The notes: generated by a model from the sequence alone, not told the origin. A DNA stretch of 64,000 nt from Gemmatimonadota bacterium (GCA_036679625.1 JAZDDA010000190.1:63524-127523); one strand, 5' to 3'; shown: positions 17,441-27,407, numbered from the stretch's first letter. Numbers and translations: made by a program.

Positions 17441-18049
17441 ATGTCACTCACAAAACGCCAAAAGGAAATTCTCGATCATATCGAAACCTTCATCAGCGAT
17501 TGCGGGTACGCACCGAGCTTCGAAGAGATCGCCGAATTTTTTGGATATTCCTCGCTCGCCACGGTGCACGAACACCTGAGCAATCTGGAACGCAAGGGGT
17601 ACATCCGGAAGGCCTTCAACGAGAGTCGGTCGATTGAGCTCGTCGGTGCCGCGAACGGCTCTGGTCCGATGACGCTTCCCCTCCTCGGCACGGTCGCGGC
17701 GGGACTCCCCATCGAAGCCATCGAAGACAACGAAACCCTGGCTGTACCCCCTGACATGATCCACCCGGGTCGCGACAACTTCGTCCTTCGGGTGGAGGGC
17801 AGCTCGATGATCGATGAGCAGATCCGCGATGGAGACTACATCGTCGTGAGTTCGCAGGACACCGCCAACGACGGGCAGATGGTCGTTGCCCTGGTGGGCG
17901 GAGACTCCGCGACGGTGAAGAAGCTCTACCGTGAGCCCGGAGACCGTATTCGGCTTCAGCCTGCGAACGCCGCGATGGAACCCATCTTTGAGGATGCGTC
18001 GAATGTCGCGGTGCAGGGCATCGTGGTCGGCGTGATAAGGAAATACTGA
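17441..18049 (+). CDS. lexA: LexA repressor (S24 autopeptidase)
   Basis: MSLTKRQKEILDHIETF.., winged-HTH region SFEEIAEFFGYSSLATVHEHLSNLERKGYI, cleavage site VAAGLP (Ala-Gly), catalytic Ser in VEGSSM and Lys in ATVKKL. The track ORF starts at 17369; the ATG at 17441 has a GGAGG upstream. Confidence 0.92.
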   Translation: MSLTKRQKEILDHIETFISDCGYAPSFEEIAEFFGYSSLATVHEHLSNLERKGYIRKAFNESRSIELVGAANGSGPMTLPLLGTVAAGLPIEAIEDNETLAVPPDMIHPGRDNFVLRVEGSSMIDEQIRDGDYIVVSSQDTANDGQMVVALVGGDSATVKKLYREPGDRIRLQPANAAMEPIFEDASNVAVQGIVVGVIRKY

Positions 18050-18198
18050 AAAATGAGACGCACCTTCATCGTTGGCAGACTCGACCGGAGTACCTCGATC
18101 ACACGGTGGATCGGAGTACAGGACCCCCATGCATTCCCCGGGCCATGGACGCTCTGCGCGACCATCCGGGGGATTCCGGCCACCAACCGCACAGCGCC

Positions 18199-19323
18199 TC
18201 AGCCCCGCGTAGCCTCCCGCAGCGCTTCTAGTCTGCTCATCGCCCGTCCCGAGTCGATCGACTCTGCGGCGAGCCGTACGCCGTCCTGCAGCGAGTCCAC
18301 CTGGTCTGCGACATAGATAGCAGCAGCAGCGTTGACGAGCACCGCGGAGCGCGCTCCGCCCCGATCGTCGCCGCGGAGAACATCGAGAACGATCTCCGCA
18401 TTCTGTTCCGGTTCACCGCCCCAGAGTGAATTTGGGCTAGCGGCCGCGATTCCCAGCGTAGCAGGCGTCACCTCGTACTCGCGGACCTCTCCCGCGGCTA
18501 GTTCGGCCACACGGGTGGGACCAATCGGGCTCAGTTCGTCCAGCCCTGGCTCGCCGTGGACCACAAGCGCTCGTTCATGACCTAGCTGGTCGAGGGCGCG
18601 CACGACCAGAGCCAGAAGGGACGGCTGTGAGACGCCGATAACCTGCCGCGTGACGCCAGCCGGGTTGGTCAACGGCCCAAGAAGATTCATGATCGTCGGG
18701 ACGCCGAGTTCTCTCCGCACGGGCGCCACGTGTCGCATGGCCGGGTGGAGCAATGGTGCAAACATGAAGACGATACCCACGTCGGCGAGGACTCGCGCCA
18801 TCTTCCCGGGAGAGAGCTCGATACCGACACCTAGCGCCTCGAGGACGTCGGCGCTCCCACTCCGAGAGGTAAATGACCGGTTTCCGTGCTTGGCAACGCG
18901 TACACCTGCTCCTGCCGCAACGAGGGCCCCAGCGGTTGAGATATTGAAGGTGGTCAACGACCCCCCTCCAGTCCCGGCGGTATCCACCAACTCAGCCGGC
19001 GATTCAGCCACAACGGGAATCATTGCCTTTCGGAGGGCCCGTACTCCTCCAGCGACCTCTGCGGGTGCCTCCCCCTTCGTCCTCAGGGCTGTAAGGAACG
19101 CACCCATGAGATCGGGAGGGGCGGAGCCATCCATGAACGTATCGAATGCCGCCTCGGCTTCTTCCTGGGAGAGGTGCTCCCCCTGCGAGACCTTCACGAC
19201 CATCGTCTTGAGGATTGGCATTTGGCTCGACTCAGTGGCCGGGTGCGTTTCGTGGCGGACCGACAACGCTAATCGGCCGCCCCAACCGGGGTCAATCGTG
19301 CCGGCCGCGGTGCCGCTTGACAT
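18199..19323 (-). CDS. trpD: Anthranilate phosphoribosyltransferase
   Basis: AFLTALRTKGEAPAEV, DTAGTGGGS and RVAKHGNRSFTSRSGSADVLEALG. The ATG at 19323 has a purine-rich GAGAGGGA 7 nt upstream. Conserved TrpD sequence only begins near the ATG at 19221 (MPILKTMV..), so the true start is uncertain. Confidence 0.88.
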   Translation of the reverse strand: MSSGTAAGTIDPGWGGRLALSVRHETHPATESSQMPILKTMVVKVSQGEHLSQEEAEAAFDTFMDGSAPPDLMGAFLTALRTKGEAPAEVAGGVRALRKAMIPVVAESPAELVDTAGTGGGSLTTFNISTAGALVAAGAGVRVAKHGNRSFTSRSGSADVLEALGVGIELSPGKMARVLADVGIVFMFAPLLHPAMRHVAPVRRELGVPTIMNLLGPLTNPAGVTRQVIGVSQPSLLALVVRALDQLGHERALVVHGEPGLDELSPIGPTRVAELAAGEVREYEVTPATLGIAAASPNSLWGGEPEQNAEIVLDVLRGDDRGGARSAVLVNAAAAIYVADQVDSLQDGVRLAAESIDSGRAMSRLEALREATRG

Positions 19324-19344
19324 GTACCCGTCCCTCTCTAGCTT
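19317..19344 (+). promoter_or_regulatory. Candidate promoter of truA (-35 TTGACA, 16-nt spacer, -10 TAGCTT) ending 6 nt before the GTG start
   Basis: Perfect TTGACA at 19317-19322 and TAGCTT at 19339-19344; the GTG start is at 19351. No SD-like purine run between them. Confidence 0.3.
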
Positions 19345-19350
19345 CCGGGC

Positions 19351-20166
19351 GTGAATCCTGTAGGAGAGGTCCGTCTCAAGCTCGTTCTCCAGTACGACGG
19401 CTCACAGTTCTTCGGATGGCAGATCCAGAAGAAAGGGCGCACCGTGCAGGGTGAACTTCAGGCCGCCCTCGAGAAACTGACCGGTGCCCCTCGCGCGGTC
19501 CTCGGGTCGGGTCGTACCGACCGAGGTGTTCACGCGCACGGGCAGGTCGCTGCGGTGACGGTCCCCTCTCGCTGGTCGGCAGCAGCACTCAAGAAATCAC
19601 TGAATGCGGTTCTCGACGACGACATCTGGATCTCTGACGTGGTGGCCGTCCATGACGAATTTCAGCCGCGCTTCGACGCGATCGCCCGCACGTACACCTA
19701 CCGCATTGGGACCGAGCCTGAGTCGGTCTCGCCGTTCTTCCGACGATGGTGCTGGCCGCTAAGGGCCGCGCTGGAGCTCGACGACCTGAACCGCGCCGCC
19801 GCCCTCATTCTGGGGACGCACTCCTTCGAGGCGTTCGCAAAGGCAGGACAACCGGAGCGGGGCTACGTCTGCACGATCGCCTCGGCTGAATGGGCTCCCT
19901 GGGGTACGGTGGGGGTGGCACTCACCGTCACGGCGGATCGGTACCTACATCATATGGTCCGTTATCTTGTGGGAACCATGGTGGATATCGCACGGGGCCG
20001 CAGACCCATCACAGATCTCTCGGACCTTCTGAAGGACCCGACCTCGGGCTCCACCTCGCCTCCGGCGCCGTCGGAGGGGCTGTTCCTGACCCGGGTCGCC
20101 TACCCGGCTCAGGCCGAAACAACCGATGCATCCTCACCTCTTGTTGAAAGAACACGAACCAGATGA
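19351..20166 (+). CDS. truA: tRNA pseudouridine(38-40) synthase
   Basis: 271 aa. [27 protein letters not shown] (catalytic Asp) and [12 protein letters not shown] start. Confidence 0.9.
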   Translation: MNPVGEVRLKLVLQYDGSQFFGWQIQKKGRTVQGELQAALEKLTGAPRAVLGSGRTDRGVHAHGQVAAVTVPSRWSAAALKKSLNAVLDDDIWISDVVAVHDEFQPRFDAIARTYTYRIGTEPESVSPFFRRWCWPLRAALELDDLNRAAALILGTHSFEAFAKAGQPERGYVCTIASAEWAPWGTVGVALTVTADRYLHHMVRYLVGTMVDIARGRRPITDLSDLLKDPTSGSTSPPAPSEGLFLTRVAYPAQAETTDASSPLVERTRTR

Positions 20167-20816
20167 AGATTTTTCTCGACACAGCTGACGTCTCCGAGAT
20201 CCGCCGTGCCTCTGAAGCAGGGTTGATCGACGGGGTGACGACCAACCCATCCTTGATGGCCAAGGTGGCAGGTGAGGGCAAGCCCGCCGACCTCTACCTC
20301 GCGATCTGCGAAGCGGTGGACGGACCAGTGAGCGCGGAGGTCCTCGCATTGGACTCTGAGGGGATGATCGCCGAGGGACGGGTGCTGGCGAAGATCCACG
20401 AGAACATCATCATCAAGGTGCCACTCACCGAGCAGGGCCTGCGCGCCTGCCGCCAACTTCGTAGTGAGGGAGTCGGCGTCAACGTTACGCTGTGCTTCTC
20501 GGTAACTCAGGCCCTGCTGGCGGCAAAGGCCGGTGCAACCTTCGTGTCTCCCTTCGTTGGGCGAATAGACGACATCTCAGGCGACGGGATGGAGCTCATC
20601 AGCCAGATCCGTCAGGTGTTCGACAACTATTCGGTCGAGACCGAAATTCTGGCGGCATCCCTTCGGCATCCCCAGCACGTCGTACAAGCCATGCTGATCG
20701 GAGCCGACTGTGCCACGTTGCCGTCCAAGGTCCTGTACCAGCTACTGAAGCACCCGTTGACGGACCGAGGGCTCGAGGCCTTCCTTGCCGACTGGAAAGC
20801 GGCATCGAGCAGCTGA
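20163..20816 (+). CDS. tal: Transaldolase / fructose-6-phosphate aldolase family (short TalC/Fsa type)
   Basis: 217 aa. [30 protein letters not shown] and [11 protein letters not shown] (Schiff-base Lys region IIIKVP). ATGA overlap with truA. Confidence 0.88.
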   Translation: MKIFLDTADVSEIRRASEAGLIDGVTTNPSLMAKVAGEGKPADLYLAICEAVDGPVSAEVLALDSEGMIAEGRVLAKIHENIIIKVPLTEQGLRACRQLRSEGVGVNVTLCFSVTQALLAAKAGATFVSPFVGRIDDISGDGMELISQIRQVFDNYSVETEILAASLRHPQHVVQAMLIGADCATLPSKVLYQLLKHPLTDRGLEAFLADWKAASSS

Positions 20817-20874
20817 CAGCCTGGACAGGGTCGGCGCGGGAGCCGGTCCCTTTTGACGAGGACATGAGGAAAAA

Positions 20875-22365
20875 GTGAAGAACTGGAGACACAGCCTCCC
20901 CTCAGGAGGCATGATCGTTGTCGGAGTACTGAGCTTCGCCTCCGCCTCCTGCGGGGGTGACCAGAGTGGCAATCCGTCCGATGGGCGCACGCCGGCCCTG
21001 GATGCTACGGCAGCCCCGGCACCCGCTGCGTTGGCCGTGCCACGCCCCAGCCCGGTCCAGGCAAGCTCGGGTCAGGCCTTGGATATCGACGCATCCCGCA
21101 CCACGGCGATCGTCAGAGCGGCCGCGCGGATCGCACCCGCCGTGGTGAGCATCAGCGTCATCCGGCAACGGCAGCGCCGTCAGAGCAGCTTCTTCGACGA
21201 CTTCTTCCTGGGCACCCCGCGGTCCAGCCAGAGTCTCGGGTTCGGGTCCGGATTCCTGGTCCGCGGAGACGGGTACGTGATTACAAACGACCACGTCGTG
21301 AGTGGGGCCGAGCGCATAAGGGTCAGCCTGGCCGACGGTAGGGACTATCCCGCCGAGCTGGTGGGTTCAGATCCGGTGGTGGACGTGGCTGTACTGAAGA
21401 TCGAAGGCACGGACCTTCCCGTCGCGGCACTCGGGACCTCCGAGGGTCTGATGATCGGCGAGTGGGCCCTCGCATTGGGCAATCCGCTTGCCAACTTCAT
21501 GGCAGACGCCGAACCAACCGTCACAGCGGGAGTCATCAGCGCCGTCGACCGGAGCCTACTTCCCGGCTCCAACGACCAGGCCTTCTACCTCGGAATGATC
21601 CAGACCGACGCCGCCGTAAATCCAGGAAACTCGGGTGGGCCGCTCGTGAATGCACTCGGCGAGGTGATCGGGGTGAACAGTTCAATTTTTTCTCGCGGTG
21701 GAGGCAGCGAGGGCCTCGGCTTTGCGATTCCCATCGACCGGGCGCTTCGAGTGGCCGAGGACCTCATCACCTCAGGCGAAATCCGGAGGGCCTGGCTCGG
21801 CATGGACGTGGAGGCCTCAGAGCAGGACGTATGGGGGCACACCAGGGGTGTCGTGGTGTCTCAGGTCGCAGAGGCTTCGCCTGCAGCGGAGGCAGGCATT
21901 TCCACCGGAGATCGATTGATGACAGCGAGCGGCCGCCGCCTGGCTACGCCTCTCGACTACGAAGCGGTAATGCTCGATCTGCGGGCCGGCGAATCCGTCC
22001 TCCTTGAGGTCGAAGAGAGAGCCGATCCGATTCTGGTCACCGCGACCGATCTCCCCTCTCTCACCGCAGACCGCGTAACGGCGCTGGATCGGATGGAGCT
22101 CATTTCCGTGACCCCCTCTATTCAGGCTGAGCGAGAACTCCGTTATTCGGCTGGAGCCCTGATCGTGGCGATGGATCCCGAACTGACCAGGCAGCTCAGC
22201 TTGAGGGAGGGTGACGTGCTTCTCCAGATCAATCGAACCCGAATCGAAACGGCGGAGCAGGCAGCAGCGATTCTTCGCCGTGTCGAAGGACGCATTCAAC
22301 TCTATTACGAGCGAAACGGAGCCGTTTCTGTGCATCAAGTTCTCCTGCGACGCAACGATGTCTGA
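20875..22365 (+). CDS. htrA: HtrA/DegP-family periplasmic serine protease with PDZ domains
   Basis: 496 aa. Signal-like N-terminus. Triad contexts ITNDHVV, VDVAVLKI and GNSGGPLVN. Two PDZ-like regions (GVVVSQVAEASPAAEAGISTGDRL.. and a C-terminal one). Confidence 0.88.
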   Translation: MKNWRHSLPSGGMIVVGVLSFASASCGGDQSGNPSDGRTPALDATAAPAPAALAVPRPSPVQASSGQALDIDASRTTAIVRAAARIAPAVVSISVIRQRQRRQSSFFDDFFLGTPRSSQSLGFGSGFLVRGDGYVITNDHVVSGAERIRVSLADGRDYPAELVGSDPVVDVAVLKIEGTDLPVAALGTSEGLMIGEWALALGNPLANFMADAEPTVTAGVISAVDRSLLPGSNDQAFYLGMIQTDAAVNPGNSGGPLVNALGEVIGVNSSIFSRGGGSEGLGFAIPIDRALRVAEDLITSGEIRRAWLGMDVEASEQDVWGHTRGVVVSQVAEASPAAEAGISTGDRLMTASGRRLATPLDYEAVMLDLRAGESVLLEVEERADPILVTATDLPSLTADRVTALDRMELISVTPSIQAERELRYSAGALIVAMDPELTRQLSLREGDVLLQINRTRIETAEQAAAILRRVEGRIQLYYERNGAVSVHQVLLRRNDV

Positions 22366-23809
22366 GGCCCGGTTGGGAGAGTACCGGCACCCATTGGCAG
22401 AGCGTTACGCCTCGACCGAGATGCAGCGCATCTTCTCTGCCGAGGTTCGCTTTGGAACCTGGCGAAGGCTCTGGCTGGCGCTGGCCGAGTCGGAGCGAGA
22501 CCTGGGGCTGCCGATCAGTCAGGCAGCGGTTGACCAGATGCGCGCCACGCTCGATGACCTCGACCTTGCCCGCGCCGCAGAGCTCGAGCATGAGTTCCGC
22601 CATGATGTCATGGCGCACGTCCACCTGTTCGGTGAGGTAGCCCCCGAGGCACGGGGGATCATCCATCTCGGAGCGACCAGCGCCTTCGTCGGAGACAACA
22701 CCGACCTGATTCTCTATCGCTCGGCGCTCGAGTTGGTTCGGGACCGTGTGGTGCGGATTGTGGAGGCACTCACGGCCTTCGCTCGAGAACATCGATCACT
22801 CGCCTGCCTCGGGTATACGCACCTCCAACCTGCCCAACCCACGACCGTCGGCAAGAGGGCAACGCTATGGGTGCAGGACTTCCTCCTGGACCTTGAGGAG
22901 ATCGAGTTCCGGCTCGACACGCTTCGGTTTCGGGGTGTTCGTGGCACCACCGGCACACAAGCCTCATTCCTGGAGCTGTTCGACGGAGACGGGGAGAAGG
23001 TGGATGCCCTCGATGAGGCCGTGGCCACGAAGATGGGCTTCCCGCGCCGGTACGGCGTGTCGGGCCAGACCTACCCTCGCAAGGTCGATGCATCGCTCGT
23101 GTGCACGTTGGCCGGCAATGCGGCTTCGGCCTCGAAGATGGCCCATGATTTGAGGCTCCTCTCCCACATGCGCGAGGTGGAGGAGCCCTTCGGGGAAAAG
23201 CAGATTGGCTCTTCTGCGATGCCGTACAAGCGAAATCCAATGCGTTCGGAACGCATCTGCGCAATGGCGCGACATGTGATCACGCTCGCCCAGGACCCGC
23301 TCAACACAGCCGCAACGCAGTGGCTCGAGCGCACACTCGACGACTCCGCAAACCGCCGGCTCTCGATCCCCGACGCCTTCCTCACGCTCGACGGGCTCCT
23401 CGTCCTCGCCGAAAACGTCGTGAGGGGCCTGGTGGTCAACCCGAACGTGATCGCATCCAACCTGGCGGTGCACCTCCCCTTCCTCGCGACCGAAACCATC
23501 CTCATGCACGCAACTGCGGGCGGGGGAGACCGGCAGGAGCTGCACGAGCGCATTCGGGAACACTCGCATGCGGCCGCCCGTCGCATGAAGGACGAGGGTG
23601 GTGCGGCAGACCTCCTCGAGCGGATCGCAGGTGACACCGCCTTCGCTACCTCCGTTGCGGAACTCGAGACACTCCTTGATCCCCAGCGATTCATCGGGCG
23701 AGCACCCTCCCAGGTCGACCAATTTCTGACGGACTGGGCAGACCCCGTCCTCGCACGTCTCTCAAAAGGCGCAAGTGAGCGCCTCGGGGATCCTGATGTC
23801 CGAGTCTGA
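22358..23809 (+). CDS. purB: Adenylosuccinate lyase
   Basis: GSSAMPYKRNP signature and LGYTHLQPAQPTTVGKR. The track ORF starts at 22211, but the ATG at 22358 (MSEARLGEYRHPLAERYAS) fits PurB N-termini and overlaps the htrA stop by 8 nt. Confidence 0.92.
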   Translation: MSEARLGEYRHPLAERYASTEMQRIFSAEVRFGTWRRLWLALAESERDLGLPISQAAVDQMRATLDDLDLARAAELEHEFRHDVMAHVHLFGEVAPEARGIIHLGATSAFVGDNTDLILYRSALELVRDRVVRIVEALTAFAREHRSLACLGYTHLQPAQPTTVGKRATLWVQDFLLDLEEIEFRLDTLRFRGVRGTTGTQASFLELFDGDGEKVDALDEAVATKMGFPRRYGVSGQTYPRKVDASLVCTLAGNAASASKMAHDLRLLSHMREVEEPFGEKQIGSSAMPYKRNPMRSERICAMARHVITLAQDPLNTAATQWLERTLDDSANRRLSIPDAFLTLDGLLVLAENVVRGLVVNPNVIASNLAVHLPFLATETILMHATAGGGDRQELHERIREHSHAAARRMKDEGGAADLLERIAGDTAFATSVAELETLLDPQRFIGRAPSQVDQFLTDWADPVLARLSKGASERLGDPDVRV

Positions 23810-24749
23810 GTCCACCGCCCTCCACACGACCGACCTCCCGCTTCCGCTTCTCCATCGCGGGAAGGTGAGAGATGTCTATGCCGTGGGAGACGACGCGCTC
23901 CTCATGCTGGCAAGCGACAGGGTAAGTGCATTCGACGTCGTGCTTCCAGAGGCGATCCCCCACAAGGGCGAGGTCCTGACGCAGGTCACGGCGTGGTGGC
24001 TCAAACAGCTCGAAGCAGAGGGAATCGACCATCACCTGCTCGCGATCGATCCCGACGAGATCATCGCCCGGGTCCCAGAGCTAGCCGAGACCAGACCCGT
24101 TTGGGAACGACGCTCGATGCTCGTACGCCGGACCGACCCCGTGATGGTGGAGTGCGTAATCCGCGGGTACATCTCGGGTTCGGCGTGGAAGGAATACACG
24201 ACCGAGGGCACACTCGCCGGCGAGCCCCTCCCCAGGGGTCTTGTGGAGAGCGACCGCCTTCAGCCCTCGGTGTTTTCGCCGGCCACAAAAGCCGTCGAGG
24301 GGCATGACGAGAACATCACCTTCGATACCGTAGTGGAGTTGGAGGGAAACGATCCAGCACTCTGGCTCCGCGACACGTCCCAGACGATCTACGAGTTCGG
24401 CGTGAGGACTGCCGAAGCGCGCGGGATCATTCTCGCGGACACCAAGTTCGAGTTCGGGCGTGGCCCAGACGGGCGCATGCTCCTCATCGATGAGGTACTC
24501 ACCCCCGATTCCTCGCGGTATTGGCCGGCGGACGAGTATGCACCAGGGCGGGGGCAGCCCTCTCTGGACAAGCAACCCATTCGCGACTATCTGGACGGCC
24601 TCGAGGGCTGGGACAGGACACCACCGGGGCCCAACCTCCCCGAAGAGGTCGTGGCCGAGACCACGCGGCGGTACCTCGAGATCTTCAGGAGGCTGACGGG
24701 GGTTGAGCTACGCGACTTCGATCCACCCGTCTTCAGGGATCTGCTCTGA
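23796..24749 (+). CDS. purC: Phosphoribosylaminoimidazole-succinocarboxamide (SAICAR) synthase
   Basis: LLHRGKVRDVY, LASDRVSAFD, LADTKFEFG and LIDEVLTPDSSRYW. Start is the ATG at 23796 or 23775; both overlap the purB end. Confidence 0.9.
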   Translation: MSESESTALHTTDLPLPLLHRGKVRDVYAVGDDALLMLASDRVSAFDVVLPEAIPHKGEVLTQVTAWWLKQLEAEGIDHHLLAIDPDEIIARVPELAETRPVWERRSMLVRRTDPVMVECVIRGYISGSAWKEYTTEGTLAGEPLPRGLVESDRLQPSVFSPATKAVEGHDENITFDTVVELEGNDPALWLRDTSQTIYEFGVRTAEARGIILADTKFEFGRGPDGRMLLIDEVLTPDSSRYWPADEYAPGRGQPSLDKQPIRDYLDGLEGWDRTPPGPNLPEEVVAETTRRYLEIFRRLTGVELRDFDPPVFRDLL

Positions 24750-25456
24750 TGCGATTCGCCCGCGAGGGGCACCCCTTCATGCTCGCGGCCTGGATCGCCA
24801 CCGCCGCGGCGTGGTTCCTGGCCAGGCCGTCGGGGATCTGGGGATGGAGCATCGTCGCGGCGTTCGCTCTGCTTGCCCTCTTCGTGACGTATTTCTTTCG
24901 CGATCCGCATCGGACGGACCCGGAGGAGGCAACCGCGGTGGTCTCCCCGGCGGATGGAAAGATCATCGACATCATCGAGGTGGAGGAAACCACCTACATC
25001 GAGGGTGCCTGCCGACGCATCACGATCTTCCTCAGTGTTTTCAACGTCCATGTGCAGCGGGCACCCATAAGCGGAGAGGTCGACCACCGCGCCTATTTTC
25101 CGGGCGGTTACGCCGTTGCCTGGCACCCAAAGGCGAGTGAGGAGAACGAGCGCGCCTCCGTAGGGTTACGCGTGTCAGGATCGCACGTGATGGTCACCCA
25201 GATCGCGGGATTGATCGCACGCCGCATCGTCACCTACCCACAGGTGGGCGACTCACTCCACAGAGGGGATCGGATCGGGCTTATTCGCTTTGGCTCCAGG
25301 GTGGACCTCTTTGTTCCGTTGCACTGGCCGCTCTCCTGCCGGGTAGGAGACATCGTCCGGGGGGGTGAGAGCATTCTCGCCGCAGTCGCTACCTTAGATG
25401 CCGGAAGCGACGATGGAACCCCAGAGGACGCCCCAGACGCCAGTGAGGTGATATGA
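24749..25456 (+). CDS. psd: Phosphatidylserine decarboxylase proenzyme (short type)
   Basis: 235 aa. Two N-terminal TMs, FFRDPHR, VSPADGKI, FLSVFNVHVQRAP and self-cleavage region IRFGSRVDLFVP. The start shares 1 nt with the purC stop (TGATG). Confidence 0.85.
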   Translation: MRFAREGHPFMLAAWIATAAAWFLARPSGIWGWSIVAAFALLALFVTYFFRDPHRTDPEEATAVVSPADGKIIDIIEVEETTYIEGACRRITIFLSVFNVHVQRAPISGEVDHRAYFPGGYAVAWHPKASEENERASVGLRVSGSHVMVTQIAGLIARRIVTYPQVGDSLHRGDRIGLIRFGSRVDLFVPLHWPLSCRVGDIVRGGESILAAVATLDAGSDDGTPEDAPDASEVI

Positions 25457-26355
25457 GACGGATCCATAGACCCAGGCTCCGGCAGGGCATCATCATCATC
25501 CCCTCGGCGTTTACGCTCGCGAACCTTTTCTTCGGCTTCTACGCGATCGTCGCTGCCTCTCGAGGGCACTTTCTCGAGGCTGGATGGTTCGTGATCCTCG
25601 CCGCAGTCCTCGACCTGCTCGACGGGCGAATCGCACGATTCACCCGAACGGGTACAGCGTTTGGGGGCGAGCTCGACTCCCTCGTCGATGCAATCAGCTT
25701 CGGAGTGGCGCCCGCCTACATCATGTACAGCCTCTTCTTCTCGGATGGCAATTGGAATTGGCTCCTCCCATTTGTGTATGTGGTAGCAGTGGTCGTCAGA
25801 CTAGCTCGTTTCAACATCGAGCAAGGCGGTGAAGCCAAACGCCACTTTCACGGACTCCCCTCCCCTGCCAGCGGGATTCTCCTCGCAGCGTTCTTTCCCT
25901 TCTCGCAAACCGCCATCTACCACGAGCAGATCGCGCCATTGATCCCATGGCCAACAGCACGGGTCATGGGTGTGACGATCATCCTCGTGTCGGCCCTCCT
26001 ACTGAGCCACGTACCCTACCCCAAGATGCCTCGGATCACGCTTCACACAGGCCGTGGTATCCTCACCTTGCTGTGGATGTTCGCGAACGTGCTCGCCGCC
26101 ATACTGGTGCCGCGCCAGTACTTCTTCCCGGCCTTCGCGCTCTATGCAGCATGGGGCCTCACAGGCGCCGTCCTTCGCGGACTGCTGGAGCGGCTGCCCG
26201 AGCGTGATCCGCTCCTCGACGAAGAAGACCCCCTCGACCAACCGCAGCGGGAGTTGATGTATGGGAATTTCGCTGTCGCCCCAACCTCGGTACCCAACGT
26301 AGTAGACCCGCCTGAGCCCAAGGAAGCACCCGACCCCCCGGAGACACACAATTGA
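25453..26355 (+). CDS. pssA: CDP-diacylglycerol--serine O-phosphatidyltransferase
   Basis: 300 aa. CDP-alcohol phosphatidyltransferase motif DGRIARFTRTGTAFGGELDSLVDAISFG and multiple TMs. ATGA overlap with psd. Confidence 0.85.
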   Translation: MRRIHRPRLRQGIIIIPSAFTLANLFFGFYAIVAASRGHFLEAGWFVILAAVLDLLDGRIARFTRTGTAFGGELDSLVDAISFGVAPAYIMYSLFFSDGNWNWLLPFVYVVAVVVRLARFNIEQGGEAKRHFHGLPSPASGILLAAFFPFSQTAIYHEQIAPLIPWPTARVMGVTIILVSALLLSHVPYPKMPRITLHTGRGILTLLWMFANVLAAILVPRQYFFPAFALYAAWGLTGAVLRGLLERLPERDPLLDEEDPLDQPQRELMYGNFAVAPTSVPNVVDPPEPKEAPDPPETHN

Positions 26356-26621
26356 GTTCCTATAGCATCGAAATCCGCGTCATTCCCCGTCCCGGGCTCC
26401 TCGACCCGGCCGGCAAGGCCATTCATCACGCGCTGCAGTCGCTCGGGTACGACACGGTGAGCGACGTCCGTGTGGGCAAAGCCATCTATGTCGATCTCGA
26501 GGCGGACTCCCCCGAGAGCGCCATTGCCCTGACCGAGAACATGTGCCAAAAGCTTCTTGCGAATCCTGTGACTGAGGACTTCAACGTGCGCATCGCCGAC
26601 GAGGTGGAGGCGCCCGCATGA
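26352..26621 (+). CDS. purS: FGAM synthase subunit PurS
   Basis: 89 aa. IEIRVIPRPGLLDPAGKAIHHALQSLGY.. is typical PurS. The TTG start overlaps the pssA stop. Confidence 0.85.
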   Translation: MSSYSIEIRVIPRPGLLDPAGKAIHHALQSLGYDTVSDVRVGKAIYVDLEADSPESAIALTENMCQKLLANPVTEDFNVRIADEVEAPA

Positions 26622-27316
26622 AGATCGCAGTCGTGACCTTCCCCGGATCCAACTGTGACTATGACCTCTACAAGGCCATCGAGCTCGCCGGGGGTGCACC
26701 TGAGTTCCGGTGGCATCGAGACACAGATGTGGGGCAGGTCGATGCGGTGATGCTTCCCGGTGGGTTTTCCTTCGGTGACTACCTCCGCTGCGGCGCCATC
26801 GCTCACATGAGCCCCATCATGAGTTCAGTGGTGGCCTTCGCGGAACGCGGTGGGCCAGTGGTAGGCGTCTGTAACGGATTCCAGATCCTGTGCGAGGCCG
26901 GACTGCTGCCAGGAGCGCTCCTACGGAACGACTCGATGAAGTTCATCAGCCAGGATGTCTTCATTCGGGTCGAGACGACCGAAACCCAGTTCACCTCGAG
27001 CTACGAACCGCGACAGATCCTCCGCGTACCCGTCGCCCACGCCGAGGGAAATTACCATGCGGATGCCGAAACGATCTCCGCGCTCGAGGGTGATGGGCGC
27101 GTGATTTTCCGTTATGTGGACCGGGACGGGCAGACAGGTACCGGCGGCACGCCAAATGGATCGACGAACGACATCGCAGGCATCGTGAATGCCGGCGGAA
27201 ACGTGCTGGGAATGATGCCCCACCCTGAACGAGCCGTCGAGGATGTACTCGGATCTGTAGACGGCCTGGCCCTCTTCACCTCCCTATTGAGCCAAACCGC
27301 CTCAGCTGGCGTGTGA
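26618..27316 (+). CDS. purQ: FGAM synthase glutaminase subunit PurQ
   Basis: 232 aa. [32 protein letters not shown] (nucleophile Cys) and MMPHPER. Confidence 0.92.
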   Translation: MKIAVVTFPGSNCDYDLYKAIELAGGAPEFRWHRDTDVGQVDAVMLPGGFSFGDYLRCGAIAHMSPIMSSVVAFAERGGPVVGVCNGFQILCEAGLLPGALLRNDSMKFISQDVFIRVETTETQFTSSYEPRQILRVPVAHAEGNYHADAETISALEGDGRVIFRYVDRDGQTGTGGTPNGSTNDIAGIVNAGGNVLGMMPHPERAVEDVLGSVDGLALFTSLLSQTASAGV

Positions 27317-27407
27317 CGTTGCCCACCACCGAACCCGAACAGGACGACTCTTGACCCAGACGCCGAATCGGCCCGGAGCCCTCAAGGCCCCCGCCGTTGC
27401 TCCCCGT

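Noticed and set aside
17322-17447. 42-aa N-terminal extension of trpC and the 17369 start of the lexA ORF
   Set aside because: The two extensions would overlap each other head-on. Neither resembles its family, and shorter starts give canonical N-termini (MKRPETILDRIV.. and MSLTKRQKEILD..).
18050-18198. Looked for a bidirectional intrinsic terminator between convergent lexA and trpD
   Set aside because: I found only a weak CCCCGG...CCGGGG inverted repeat (long loop, no U-tract) and a short CGGAGTAC direct repeat. That is not enough to call a terminator or an sRNA.
22964-23722. 252-aa and 207-aa minus-strand ORFs
   Set aside because: Antisense to purB (GSSAMPYKRNP signature on the plus strand).
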